Shown here: positions 45,201-53,410 of the stretch, piece by piece
Layout: each line of letters starts with the position of its first letter
Position numbering within the stretch: the stretch's first letter is position 1
DNA from: Laetmonice hystrix
Taxonomy: Eukaryota
Reading direction: 5' to 3'
NCBI GenBank assembly: GCA_965235115.1
Contig: OZ249436.1
Location: forward strand, 56,978,001-57,042,000
DNA: 64,000 bases
The notes under the pieces: generated by a model
What the model saw: only the letters and a program-made list of their open reading frames with translations
Database searches by the model: none
Told to the model about the DNA's origin: nothing
Position numbers and translations under genes: made by a program

Positions 45201-48200
45201 AGAGTAGTGAAAAATAGATGCAAATTACATCAGAGGAAGAGGCGCTACCTATCATCGTAAGAGGTGAAGCATGGCGCCTTTAGAGTCTCTGAATATTCTC
45301 GAATGTCTTGCAAGAAATAAATTACCGTAATGTAGGTTTCATATTTCAGTTTTTCTTTTAAACACAAAGGAATACACGCTGTGCATTCAGTTCTCAAGTG
45401 GTTTTAAAGAGAAATATTTCCTACCAGAACAGATTTATTTTATGTCTATTGTTATGTACCTTAACAAGTTCAGGAGTAAGGTATGAATTGCTTTTTTATT
45501 TACAGTCTGTGATAGTGAAGAGCATAGAACGTAATGCTGCCAACATGTACGAGGCACGGAGGCGGCTGCTAGGCCTGCTGAACGAACCTCAACCAGTGAT
45601 CAGCTCACCCACCTACGACTTGGCCATCACTAACTCTACCAACAGTCTGGGTCTAGCCGGTCTAGGTAAGCTCCAACAGTCTGGGTCTAGCTGGTCTAGG
45701 TAAGCTCCAACAGTCTGGGTCTGGCTGGTCTAGGTAAGCACCAACAGTCTGGATCTAGTCAGTCTAGGTAAGTTCCAACAGTCTGGGTCTAGCTGGTCTA
45801 GGTAAGCTCCAACAGTCTGGGTCTTGCTGGTCTAGGTAAGCACCAACAGTCTGGATCTAGTCAGTCTAGGTAAGCTCCAACAGTCTGGGTCTAGCTGGTC
45901 TAGGTAAGCTCCAACAGTCTGGGTCTGGCTGGTCTAGGTAAGCTCCAACAGTCTGGGTCTGGCTGGTCTAGGTAAGCACCAACAGTCTGGGTCTAGCCGG
46001 TCTAGGTAAGCTCCAACAGTCTGGGTCTAGCTGGTCTAGGTAAGCTCCAACAGTCTGGGTCTGGCTGGTCTAGGTAATCTCCGACAGTGTGGATCTTGTC
46101 AGTCTAGGTAAGTTCCAACAGTCTGGGTCTAGCTGGTCTAGGTAAGCTCCAACAGTCTGGGTCTGGCTGGTCTAGGTAAGCACCAACAGTCTGGATCTAG
46201 TCAGTCTAGGTAAGTTCCAACAGTCTGGGTCTAGCTGGTCTAGGTAAGCTCAAACAGTCTGGGTCTAGCTGGTCTAGGTAATCTCCGACAGTGTGGGTCT
46301 AGCTAGTCTAAGTAAGCTCCAACAGTATGGGTCTAGTTGGTCTAGCTAAGCTTATGGTCAGGGTACTTCATTTCCTCTTTTTATTTTGGCGCAAAGAGAG
46401 TACAAAATGTAATCAAAAGAAGTGAGTCGTATTATGTTGTCGGTAGTATTTTTATAGCACTCCCAATCATATATCTTTTTTTTCTAATAGTCCTGTCACT
46501 CTGTTATGTGTTCATAATATTTTAGAGAGGGAATATGTGTTGTTAATGTATTGGGTGTAGTCCTTTAAGTTTTGAATTTGAAATGAGCCATTGATTTCCT
46601 ACAAACCAGTCGTATAATAAAGTACGTGAACCAACAAAGAAGGCACCCATCCATTTTATATCCGTGGTTCTATGGATAGAGTCTGCAAGTCTCTTCCTAT
46701 ATTATAAAAAGGCAAAAGTTGTGTTGACAACGAACTCTGTGGGCATTCAGTCCACATGGCAACGTGTACAAACACACTGCTGTTATTTACACTGCCGTGT
46801 GCAGCTTTCAACAAATGACCTCCCGACATAGAGTAGTATAGATTCCAGCAAGCCTTTCATGAAGCATCTTTATTGCTTATTTTACCGATGAGTATTTGAC
46901 TGCTTTGGTCTCTCTTCTAGTTATTATGAAAATGTACAGTAGTATTTCTCACTGCTGCCCCCTATTGCAGGCCTTCTGAGTCACAACCTGTTGAATGTGA
47001 ATAGCAACTCGGTACTGTTGTTGAACGGAGCGCGGAGTCCGCTGGCCAGTCCTGGCAGCCCCGGCAGCAGTCCCTCCCCCCTCATCTCCACCGCAGGTCG
47101 GTATGAGGCTTCGGCCCTGGGCTTATAGTAATACTCCACCCCTACAACTTCATCTTGTTTCCATCCCTACAGCTGGCTGCTGTATACATTTTCCAAATGA
47201 AACTTAACTAAACTCTCAATTTTTCTCCTTCCTTGATGCGGCATGAATTTTCAAACATTTTAGATATACCGGGGTACATGTATTTAAGTCGATGTCTTGG
47301 TCTACCTTTTGAAGTTGTATAGTTTGTCCGAAGCTTTTAACCGTGAACTTTGTATAGAAGTCCTAAAAGATGCTGATAAAATATGTAAAGGCCAGGTATG
47401 TTAGTATGAGGCTCAGTCTACTATCCTCGATCTGTGTTTATCAGGCTGGTACCACGGCGACCACCCTTTAATCTATATAGGGACGTCTTCCCTATTTTGA
47501 GAGCGCAGAGCTACTATTAGTATTGGACACTGAGCCATTTTCCAAACAGATTCCCAATATTGACGTGGTTGGTCTATACAAATAGTGACCCATTGTGGAC
47601 GCCTGACAATGAGAGGCATGGTGTAGTCAGTATGTGGGAACGTTGTTTTCTTTTCCAGGTGTGTACAGTCCGTTGTTGGTGATGTCGGCGGCCACAGGCC
47701 TGTCTCTGCAGTCGCCGGCGTCGTACAGCCTACACACCCCGCCAGCAGGTCACACGGCCGGCGGGGGTGTTGGTGGGGGCCGGGTGATCACCAGCCAGAA
47801 CGGTCTCCACAAGGATCTGAACCAAAACACCGCCTACATCAGAATACCCACACCCTCAGACAGAGGTATATCACAGATTGTATATAGCCGACACCTATTG
47901 TCGTGATTCTCTGTAAACACGTACTCTCATAAACGCCCGTCCACCTGGTTCAGCAGAGAACTCAAGATACACAAAAATGAAAGTTTGATTTATAAGTAAA
48001 ATACCTCCTTACGCGGAGTTAATTCCAGTACACAATCATTTTCATTTAGAGTAGTTGCAATGGCTTCTCATTGGACGGCCAGAAATACTTACAACAAAAT
48101 AAAGTACATGTACATGTATGTGGAGGGTTCAGTCTGATAGCAGTACCGTTGTTGGTCACCAGGTGGCACGAGTGCGAGCGGCAGTGGCCCGGACAGTGTG

Positions 48201-51200
48201 GGCAGTAGTCCACCTTGCGGAAGTCCCATTGATCTACTCAACAAGACGCCATCTAGCGCATCTCAAAATAACACAGAAAGACAACTTGGTAAGTCAGCCT
48301 GCTCCCCGTAACAAAACATAAGCAGTCCAATCTACGTGTATATCAATATGGTAATCGAGAACAAGTTAACATTTACAGCCGACAGTTTCATAATCATGGA
48401 CGTTTTGTTTGTGTAGATGGGTCGACGATTTCATCCAACAACAGTTATGTTGAAGCAGTGCTGCAGCAGAACCCTGTGTCGCCGTGTAGTAGCATCCAGG
48501 ACATGGCTGAACTCCTTGCCAACATCAGCCCTAGTAACTCATTCAACCGTAGCGGCAGCACGAGATCGTCCCCATTCAATCAACCCACTTCTAGTTCAAC
48601 ATACAGTCAAGCCAAATCCAATTCAACGTATCAAGATGCATCATCTAGTTCCCCTTACGGCCACCACGTGTCGCCCAATTCTTCCTTCAACAAAGGAACC
48701 GCCTCGTCCTCGGCCTTCACCAGAGGTTCTTCCGGCTCGCCCTTTACCACTGCTAGTTCCAGTAGCTATCACCAGGTGTCGCCCAACACGTCGTTTAACA
48801 GGGGCTCATCTGGGTCCTCATATAATCCAGGTCCCACAGGGTCCTCATATAATCCAGTCCCGCCAGGGTCCTCGTATAATTCGGGTCCGTCCGGGTCCGC
48901 GTATAATCCAGGTCCCTCAGGGTCCTCATATAATTCAGGCCCCACAGGGTCCTCATATAATTCAGGTCCCACAGGGTCCTCATATAATTCGGGACCGTCA
49001 GGGTCCTCGTATAATTCGGGACCGTCAGGGTCCTCATATAATTCGGGACCGTCAGGGTCCTCGTATAATTCGGGACCGTCAGGGTCCTCATATAATTCGG
49101 GACCGCCAGGGTCCTCGTATAGTTCAGGACCGTCAGGGTCCTCGTATAGTTCAGGACCGTCATTGTCCTCATTCACACAAGGATCTCCAAGTTCATCGTT
49201 CAACAGAAGCAGTTCCGGCGGGTCACTGAGCCAGAAGTCGCCGAGTTCGTCGTTCAATGGCGGCAGTCATGGGTCATTGTTTGATCACGTGTCTCCCAAC
49301 ACGTCCTTTAGTCGCAGTTTGAGCGGTTCGTCGTTACTAAACCAAGGGTCGCCAAGCTCCTCCTTCAACAGAGGCACGTCAGGATCAGCATTTAATCGTG
49401 TACCCACGAGTTCTACCTTCAACCACTCGACGTCGCCGTCAACCTTCAGTCAGGACTCGAGCCATTCATTCAACCATGTCGGTTCAGGGTTCAGTCACGG
49501 TAACGTTATGATGCCAGGTTCTCCCAGCAAACAAAACACGCTACTAGAGGACGCGATCAGGAGCAGCCTCTTCCAGTACGTGTAGTCATGGCAGTAATAC
49601 GTAATCATTTACTGGCATTGTAAACGTTTGTCGTTAGAGAGTTAGTGAGGACACACACGTCACTCGATGATGTAAATTGACCATGTGGTGTCGAATTGTT
49701 GCTGACGAAATGTTCAGTAACAGTGCTGTTGCATTTTGTTTTTGTTAAAGTGATTGATAGTATCCTCGCATAAGTAACCTACTCCTTTGGATGTTTGAAA
49801 AAAGATGAATATTACTAGGGTTTTTTGTGGGGGCGGGTAGAACTAGAAGGTTGGCTATAGCACATTTAACCATATGGTATACATCTTTGTGATTAGAAAT
49901 GGCGAACGGAGGTCGTCGGAGTCAGGATGCGAGTCTGACGGATCGGATCACCGCGCGCCCGGAGCTAACCGCCCACCTCCTGGGCTGCAGCCACCCCCAG
50001 GTCTACAGCCTCCCCCTGGACTGAATCCACCCCCTGGTCTCAACCCCAACCCAGGACTGCCCCAGCCAGCCTCGGCCAACTCGCTCTCATTGTTTGAGGA
50101 CAATCTCTTCTCCGCATTTGACTATGAGCAGAAGAAATTGCTTGCCAATAAAGGTAGAGAATTCCCTATTTTTAATTAACAAATTTCGAAGACGTCTGAA
50201 AGTTTGATGGAGTGATAATTATATTTAATTGAGTATATTTGTTGATTTTTTTTCATATTTGTCCTACTTTTCCCACCTTGTAGCCATGCAGAAGAAACCA
50301 GTGGGTGAGTCGCGCATCCCCACTGATTACTGGTCAGGTATGGGTTTCTCCAAGTCTATGCCAGACCACGCCATTCGGGACAGCTTACTGACTGCCGGGG
50401 TGCCATACACAGAGCCAAGTATGGCCACCACGTATGAGGTGATTATAACAGTGTAAATCACTGAACTTTCTGATAGGTGTAAACATAGGTGTGTATAACA
50501 GAGGTAATATCCTCTCACCAATAACATGGTACACTGGTATAGTGATGAAGGCTCTCACTGTCGTGTTTTATTTATTATATGTATTGTATTTGACCTAACT
50601 GCAGAGTGCCAACGAGGTTGATCAAGACCCATGGAAGGACTCGCCCACTAATCATTCGCCCCAACACCGAGCGCCCATGAATGCCGCCCCAGGAGAGTAC
50701 CCAAGCATGAGGAGAAAAAGTAAGTCCACGTACCACTCCAATACTGGTGGCACTCTTGAAAGTGAAATAAGATTCGGNNNNNNNNNNNNNNNNNNNNNNN
50801 NNNNNNNNNNNNNNNNNNNNNNNNNNNNNNNNNNNNNNNNNNNNNNNNNNNNNNNNNNNNNNNNNNNNNNNNNNNNNNNNNNNNNNNNNNNNNNNNNNNN
50901 NNNNNNNNNNNNNNNNNNNNNNNNNNNNNNNNNNNNNNNNNNNNNNNNNNNNNNNNNNNNNNNNNNNNNNNNNNNAGCATTTTATATCAAGCCACCGGAT
51001 AAAAAAAACAGTGAGCTTACGGCTTTGACTACTATATAAGTTCTATGTCTTGGTCCAAAGTTTCACATTGTCTAGGTTAAGCGACGGTAACTTAGTTGGA
51101 GCACAAACCTTTGTACATGTAATATGTTTTCAGTAGGAGAGTTTGGTCTGAGTAACAGTAATCACATGGACAGTGCCTCGGTACCACCTAGCCAGTCGTA

Positions 51201-52004
51201 CAGCCCCAAAACCGACCTAGCTGAGCTGTTCAGTAAGCTGGGCTTGGGCAAATACACAGACCTCTTCCAGCAACAAGAGGTGAGTTAAAAAAGGCGCAAA
51301 CCTTCTTGTCGAAAATGTAATTGTCTAATTTAAAGATGGATTAAAGATTAAAGAAGGACCAACGGTAAAATTTACATCAAACTTTACTTGGTAATTATAC
51401 TTAGTCGTACTATAGCGTTTTGCTATTAACCAAGTCTTCACGTTTTAGCAACTCTTGTTGCTGTGTTGATCGGGTTGTTTTGGGTGAGTTTATGTTTGCC
51501 GCGGTGAACTCGGTATACGATGACTTGGATCGTTGATGAGGTGGGTTGTGATTATTTCAGATTGACATGGGCACATTCCTCACTCTGACTGATCAGGATC
51601 TGAAGGAGCTGGGTATCTCGACATTTGGTGCCCGACGAAAGATGTTACTTGCTATAGCAGGTGGGTGACATATCTGACCACTTTAACTAAATATAAAAAG
51701 GTATGTGCTCGATCAATTCATACATAGGCCTACACTTACATGTATTTACTGGTTAGGCCTACTGTTCTGGAAACGGGAGAAAGAATCTTTGAATTTGAAG
51801 CTCGTTTGGCTTTCCAGGCTCTACAGACTGTGTAAATCTGTTTATGAAATATAAGAAGGAACATTTGTTGTAGACCTTCACAAACGTCAGACGTTGCTGA
51901 ATGCTGCCCCCGGATCCAACAACCCATTCCGTGATAGCAACTCGGCCGCCGCTCCCAGCAACTGCCGACGTCAGGAGATCGTCAGCCAGAGCGGCAGGTG
52001 GTAG
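171..52004 (+). CDS. BICC1: Bicaudal C homolog (KH/KH-like domains + SAM domain RNA-binding protein), 20 coding exons in window, 5'-partial
   Basis: Spliced translation gives [35 protein letters not shown]...[44 protein letters not shown] (KH, GxxG)...[19 protein letters not shown]...[11 protein letters not shown]...[54 protein letters not shown] (SAM)...SQSGRW*. This closely resembles vertebrate BICC1 as I recall it. All introns are GT-AG with compatible phases. Confidence 0.97.
1300..1440 (-). mobile_element. SINE remnant (Meta/V-SINE-like central domain)
   Basis: Minus strand reads ...ctgtcagctacctgctgaaccgttggtggttttttctccgggtactcc...gtttcctcacc.... This resembles the GGTTTTCTCCGGGTACTCCGGTTTCCTCC core of invertebrate tRNA-SINEs, recognised from memory. 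Boundaries approximate. Confidence 0.4.
6051..6467. mobile_element. MITE with ~27-bp TIRs (TA-CCGTATT...), Tc1/mariner-pogo/Tc2-like
   Basis: Left end TACCGTATTCGACCTACTTAGTGTACA. Reverse complement of the right end is TACCGTATTCGACCTAATAAGTGTACA (2 mismatches). Inner inverted ctaataagcgtac motifs; TA at both ends. Confidence 0.75.
12145..12214 (+). CDS. BICC1: BicC coding exon (70 bp): [23 protein letters not shown]
   Basis: ttctcacag acceptor, gtgagt donor. Near-identical to the conserved BicC motif. Confidence 0.96.
13703..13769 (-). pseudogene. tRNA-derived sequence with Pol III A/B boxes (copy 1)
   Basis: Minus strand GTCTCAATAGCGGAGTGGGTAGC...TGGGTTCGAATCCCACCA. A box TAGCGGAGTGG, B box GGTTCGAATCC with an intact T-stem; no acceptor stem. 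Confidence 0.6.
14075..14141 (-). pseudogene. tRNA-derived sequence with Pol III A/B boxes (copy 2)
   Basis: Same cassette 372 bp downstream: TAGCTGAGTGG ... GGTTCGAATCC. Confidence 0.6.
15094..16035. repeat. ~199-bp tandem repeat (5 units), GGTACC-rich, each unit with a 20-bp perfect inverted repeat
   Basis: ccccagttattacaatagcgg starts at 15123, 15322, 15522, 15721 and 15919. Confidence 0.95.
33831..33910 (+). CDS. BICC1: BicC coding exon (80 bp): (D)[26 protein letters not shown]
   Basis: ctcttgcag acceptor, gtaagc donor. Phase 1 to 0; continues SKK-D-PHIKV. Confidence 0.95.
35440..35960 (-). mobile_element. Decayed non-LTR retrotransposon (CR1/L2-like) ORF2 3' fragment
   Basis: A minus-strand frame gives [20 protein letters not shown] ... 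LMSSVPLWN, resembling the xRRxxxRLxMxYKI...VxIP and S..PxWNxL tail of CR1/L2 RT proteins. Stops and frameshifts upstream. Boundaries approximate. Confidence 0.38.
36829..37106. repeat. 54-bp intronic minisatellite (~5 copies)
   Basis: gtgcatacattgggaaggattacaggtgtcagaccccacagagaaagcgtaaag at 36829, 36883, 36937, 36991 and 37045 (last copy diverged). Confidence 0.95.
38597..38755 (+). CDS. BICC1: BicC coding exon (159 bp): [27 protein letters not shown]...EKSNQ (KH)
   Basis: ttttgtag acceptor, gtcggt donor. KH GxxG loop IGKGG. Confidence 0.97.
39073..39126 (+). CDS. BICC1: BicC coding exon (54 bp): [18 protein letters not shown]
   Basis: ctttacag acceptor, gtaagt donor. Phase 0-0. Confidence 0.95.
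39246..39485 (+). CDS. BICC1: BicC coding exon (240 bp): [12 protein letters not shown]...[11 protein letters not shown]
   Basis: tttgcag acceptor, gttcgt donor. Matches ORF 39240..39506. Confidence 0.93.
39717..39929 (+). CDS. BICC1: BicC coding exon (213 bp): [28 protein letters not shown]...LARHQLI (KH)
   Basis: tttcag acceptor, gtaagt donor. KH IGRGG loop. Confidence 0.96.
42855..43469 (+). repeat. 39-bp tandem array (16 units) whose last unit is the BicC splice acceptor
   Basis: Acceptor-like CAG ends every 39 bp from 42879 to 43386 (14 copies), one degenerate unit at 43425, and the real acceptor ends at 43464. Confidence 0.97.
43465..43522 (+). CDS. BICC1: BicC coding exon (58 bp): [19 protein letters not shown]
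   Basis: tcttgtgacag acceptor (last unit of the 39-bp array), gtagga donor. Conserved [10 protein letters not shown] motif. Confidence 0.93.
45121..45194 (+). CDS. BICC1: BicC coding exon (74 bp): (A)[24 protein letters not shown]
   Basis: ctttttacag acceptor, gtaagt donor. Conserved [21 protein letters not shown]. Confidence 0.96.
45506..45665 (+). CDS. BICC1: BicC coding exon (160 bp): [24 protein letters not shown]...LGLAGL
   Basis: tttacag acceptor. The first GTAAG donor of the 34-bp array is the only donor that yields an open product with the next exon. Confidence 0.92.
45639..46352 (+). repeat. 34-bp tandem array (~21 units) whose first unit is the BicC exon end and splice donor
   Basis: ccaacagtctgggtctagctggtctag|gtaagct. 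GT every 34 bp from 45666 to 46312; the last unit has CT at 46346. Confidence 0.97.
46971..47096 (+). CDS. BICC1: BicC coding exon (126 bp): (G)[41 protein letters not shown]
   Basis: cctattgcag acceptor, gtcggt donor. Phase 1-1, open, Ser/Pro-rich linker like the BicC intervening sequence. Confidence 0.78.
47659..47865 (+). CDS. BICC1: BicC coding exon (207 bp): (G)[22 protein letters not shown]...IRIPTPSDR
   Basis: cttttccag acceptor, gtatat donor. Phase 1-1; lies in ORF 47634..47906. Confidence 0.75.
48163..48288 (+). CDS. BICC1: BicC coding exon (126 bp): (G)[41 protein letters not shown]
   Basis: gtcaccag acceptor, gtaagt donor. Phase 1-1, open frame. Confidence 0.75.
48417..49575 (+). 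CDS. BICC1: BicC large low-complexity coding exon (1159 bp), Ser/Gly/Asn/Pro-rich with 13 x 9-aa repeat
   Basis: tttgtgtag acceptor, gtacgt donor. Phase 1 to 2, matching the next exon (CA+A=Gln). The frame equals ORF 48458..49585. Repeat variation is largely synonymous (third positions). Confidence 0.8.
48812..49162 (+). repeat. 27-bp coding tandem repeat, 13 units (GSSYNSGPS)
   Basis: 351 bp = 13 x 27; consensus gggtcctcrtataattcgggaccgtca. Confidence 0.97.
49897..50153 (+). CDS. BICC1: BicC coding exon (257 bp): [22 protein letters not shown]...PPPGL repeats...[13 protein letters not shown]
   Basis: gtgattag acceptor, gtagag donor. Conserved (K/R)APG and [11 protein letters not shown] motifs. 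Confidence 0.92.
50284..50438 (+). CDS. BICC1: BicC coding exon (155 bp): (A)[26 protein letters not shown]...MATTYE
   Basis: accttgtag acceptor, gtgatt donor. Conserved WSGxGFSKSMP motif. Confidence 0.95.
50605..50719 (+). CDS. BICC1: BicC coding exon (115 bp): [14 protein letters not shown]...YPSMRRK
   Basis: aactgcag acceptor, gtaagt donor. Phase 0 to 1, compatible with both neighbours. Confidence 0.8.
50778..50975. other. Assembly gap (198 N) within a BicC intron
   Basis: Run of N. Confidence 1.
51134..51279 (+). CDS. BICC1: BicC coding exon (146 bp): (I)[12 protein letters not shown]...[22 protein letters not shown] (SAM N-half)
   Basis: gttttcag acceptor (tandem CAG-TAG), gtgagt donor. 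SAM motif. Confidence 0.96.
51561..51660 (+). CDS. BICC1: BicC coding exon (100 bp): [33 protein letters not shown] (SAM C-half)
   Basis: atttcag acceptor, gtgggt donor. Canonical SAM LKELGI...GARRK. Confidence 0.97.
51874..52004 (+). CDS. BICC1: BicC last coding exon: (D)[13 protein letters not shown]...EIVSQSGRW*
   Basis: tttgttgtag acceptor. Ends TGG TAG; the SGRW C-terminus is typical of BicC proteins. Confidence 0.92.
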
Positions 52005-52333
52005 GCCGCCTGGCACGCCGCCTGGTGGTAGGCTGCCTGGCACGCCGTCTTGTGGTAGGCCGTCTGGCACGCCGCCTGGTGGTAGGCCGCCTGGCACGCT
52101 GCCTAGTGGTAGGCCGCCTGGTGGTAGGCCGCCTGGTGGTAGGCTGCCTGGCACGCCGCCTGGTGGTAGGCTGCCTGGCACGCCGCCTAGTGGTAGGCCG
52201 CCTGGTGGTAGGCCGCCTGGTGGTAGGCTGCCTGGCACGCCGCCTGGTGGTAGGCTGCCTGGCACGCCGCCTGGTGGTAGGCCGCCTGGCACGCCGCCTG
52301 GTGGTAGGCCGCCTGGTGGCGCGCCGTCTGGTG
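51997..52333 (+). repeat. 27/15-bp GC-rich tandem array beginning at the BicC terminal codon and stop
   Basis: ggtggtaggccgcctggcacgccgcct (27 bp) and rgtggtaggccgcct (15 bp) units; 14 units contain TGGTAG. Confidence 0.96.
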
Positions 52334-52465
52334 ACGAAACCACAAACTAGAGATACATAGGGTATTCTAAACGGTGTTATCATGAAAGAGTTTATTTTCT
52401 TGAAATGCTCTGCTACAGTAGTGTAGTAGACTCTTGTACAGTCAAATATTGTTAATTCTTCTCCC

Positions 52466-52471
52466 AATAAA
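52466..52471 (+). terminator. Candidate polyadenylation signal (first AATAAA after the stop)
   Basis: AATAAA about 460 nt after the stop. Others occur at 53218 and in each 146-bp unit; the signal actually used cannot be determined. Confidence 0.25.
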
Positions 52472-53410
52472 TAGTCCTCCAAAGTAAGACTATTCATTGC
52501 ACTGGTAATTCTGAATATGTCACGATGGAATATGATGGGACTTGGGGATTTTCGGGGGAAGCTTTATGATTTTGTAGGACGTGGAGAACATGATACTTTG
52601 GTCTGTTCACCACTTTGTGTTTTATACCATCTTGCCAGATAAGTGGATGCAATATCTTCCGGAGATCACACATTTGTATACATTTATTGTTGTGCCATAC
52701 GCAATCAAAAGGAGATCATCTGTCTTCTCCACCCGCACGTTTTCAATCAAGCTGGAAAACTTGATACTTTCAATTAGATTTTTAACAGAGAATCATGCCA
52801 TTTTTATTGTATATTATGAAGACCCCAAAAGTTGGGTGTACTCCGAAGTGAACTTGTAATACTGGATAAGTATGATAAGATGTTTTAGCTACATTTGAGT
52901 ATATTATTGAGAGATGTATTTAAATATAAGGAGACAATGCAAAATAATCAGCTGCATCAAATGACACTTTGAAGGAAGTATATGTATACAATTTTAAAGT
53001 CAGCCTTGAAAGTAACTTGAACAAGCTGAGAGACAAACTGTATCCGTCCAGATTTAGGGCTGCAAAACGTTTTGACCGCCAGGTGGCGCAATGGGCCGTC
53101 TTGTCTACATATCGATTCACCAGAATGGCACAGCCTGTAGTATAAATTCACAACCATCCTCGGGACACTGCTTGTAGTGTTTGAGTAAACTATTGGGAGG
53201 TTTGTCAGGTTGTGAGCAATAAAAGATGTTGAATAGATGATTAAGGTTAATGGTAATACACACTGCTGATTGTGTATTGGGAGAATGTTGACTAATGATA
53301 GAGCTTTTGTGGTAGCAATGAACAGCCATTGTTTTGCCTTCTCAAAATAGTCCTCTCCTCTCTCTTTTTCCTATATTGATGATGTATCCTTGATCTGTTT
53401 CCTTAGTGTT

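Noticed and set aside
42855-46352. CRISPR-like appearance of the 34- and 39-bp arrays
   Set aside because: Head-to-tail repeats without unique spacers, no cas genes, and spliceosomal eukaryotic context.
48417-49257. Overlapping ORFs in other frames or strands of the big exon ([27 protein letters not shown] repeats)
   Set aside because: Only the SSYNSGPS frame is phase-compatible with flanking BicC exons and shows mostly synonymous variation.
49576-49585. Alternative terminal exon via read-through FQYV*
   Set aside because: A stop shortly into an intron is expected by chance, and there is no AATAAA in that intron.
50778-50975. A BicC exon hidden in the N gap
   Set aside because: Flanking exons are phase-compatible, and WKD...RRK / LSNSNHMD follow the expected BicC order with nothing obviously missing. 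It cannot be fully excluded.
51759-52497. Collagen-like or Pro/Gly/Arg-rich ORFs (PPGGLPPGG, PPGGRPPG, RRPTTRR)
   Set aside because: Alternative frames of the 27/15-bp stop-codon array; unit lengths divisible by 3 keep frames open by default.
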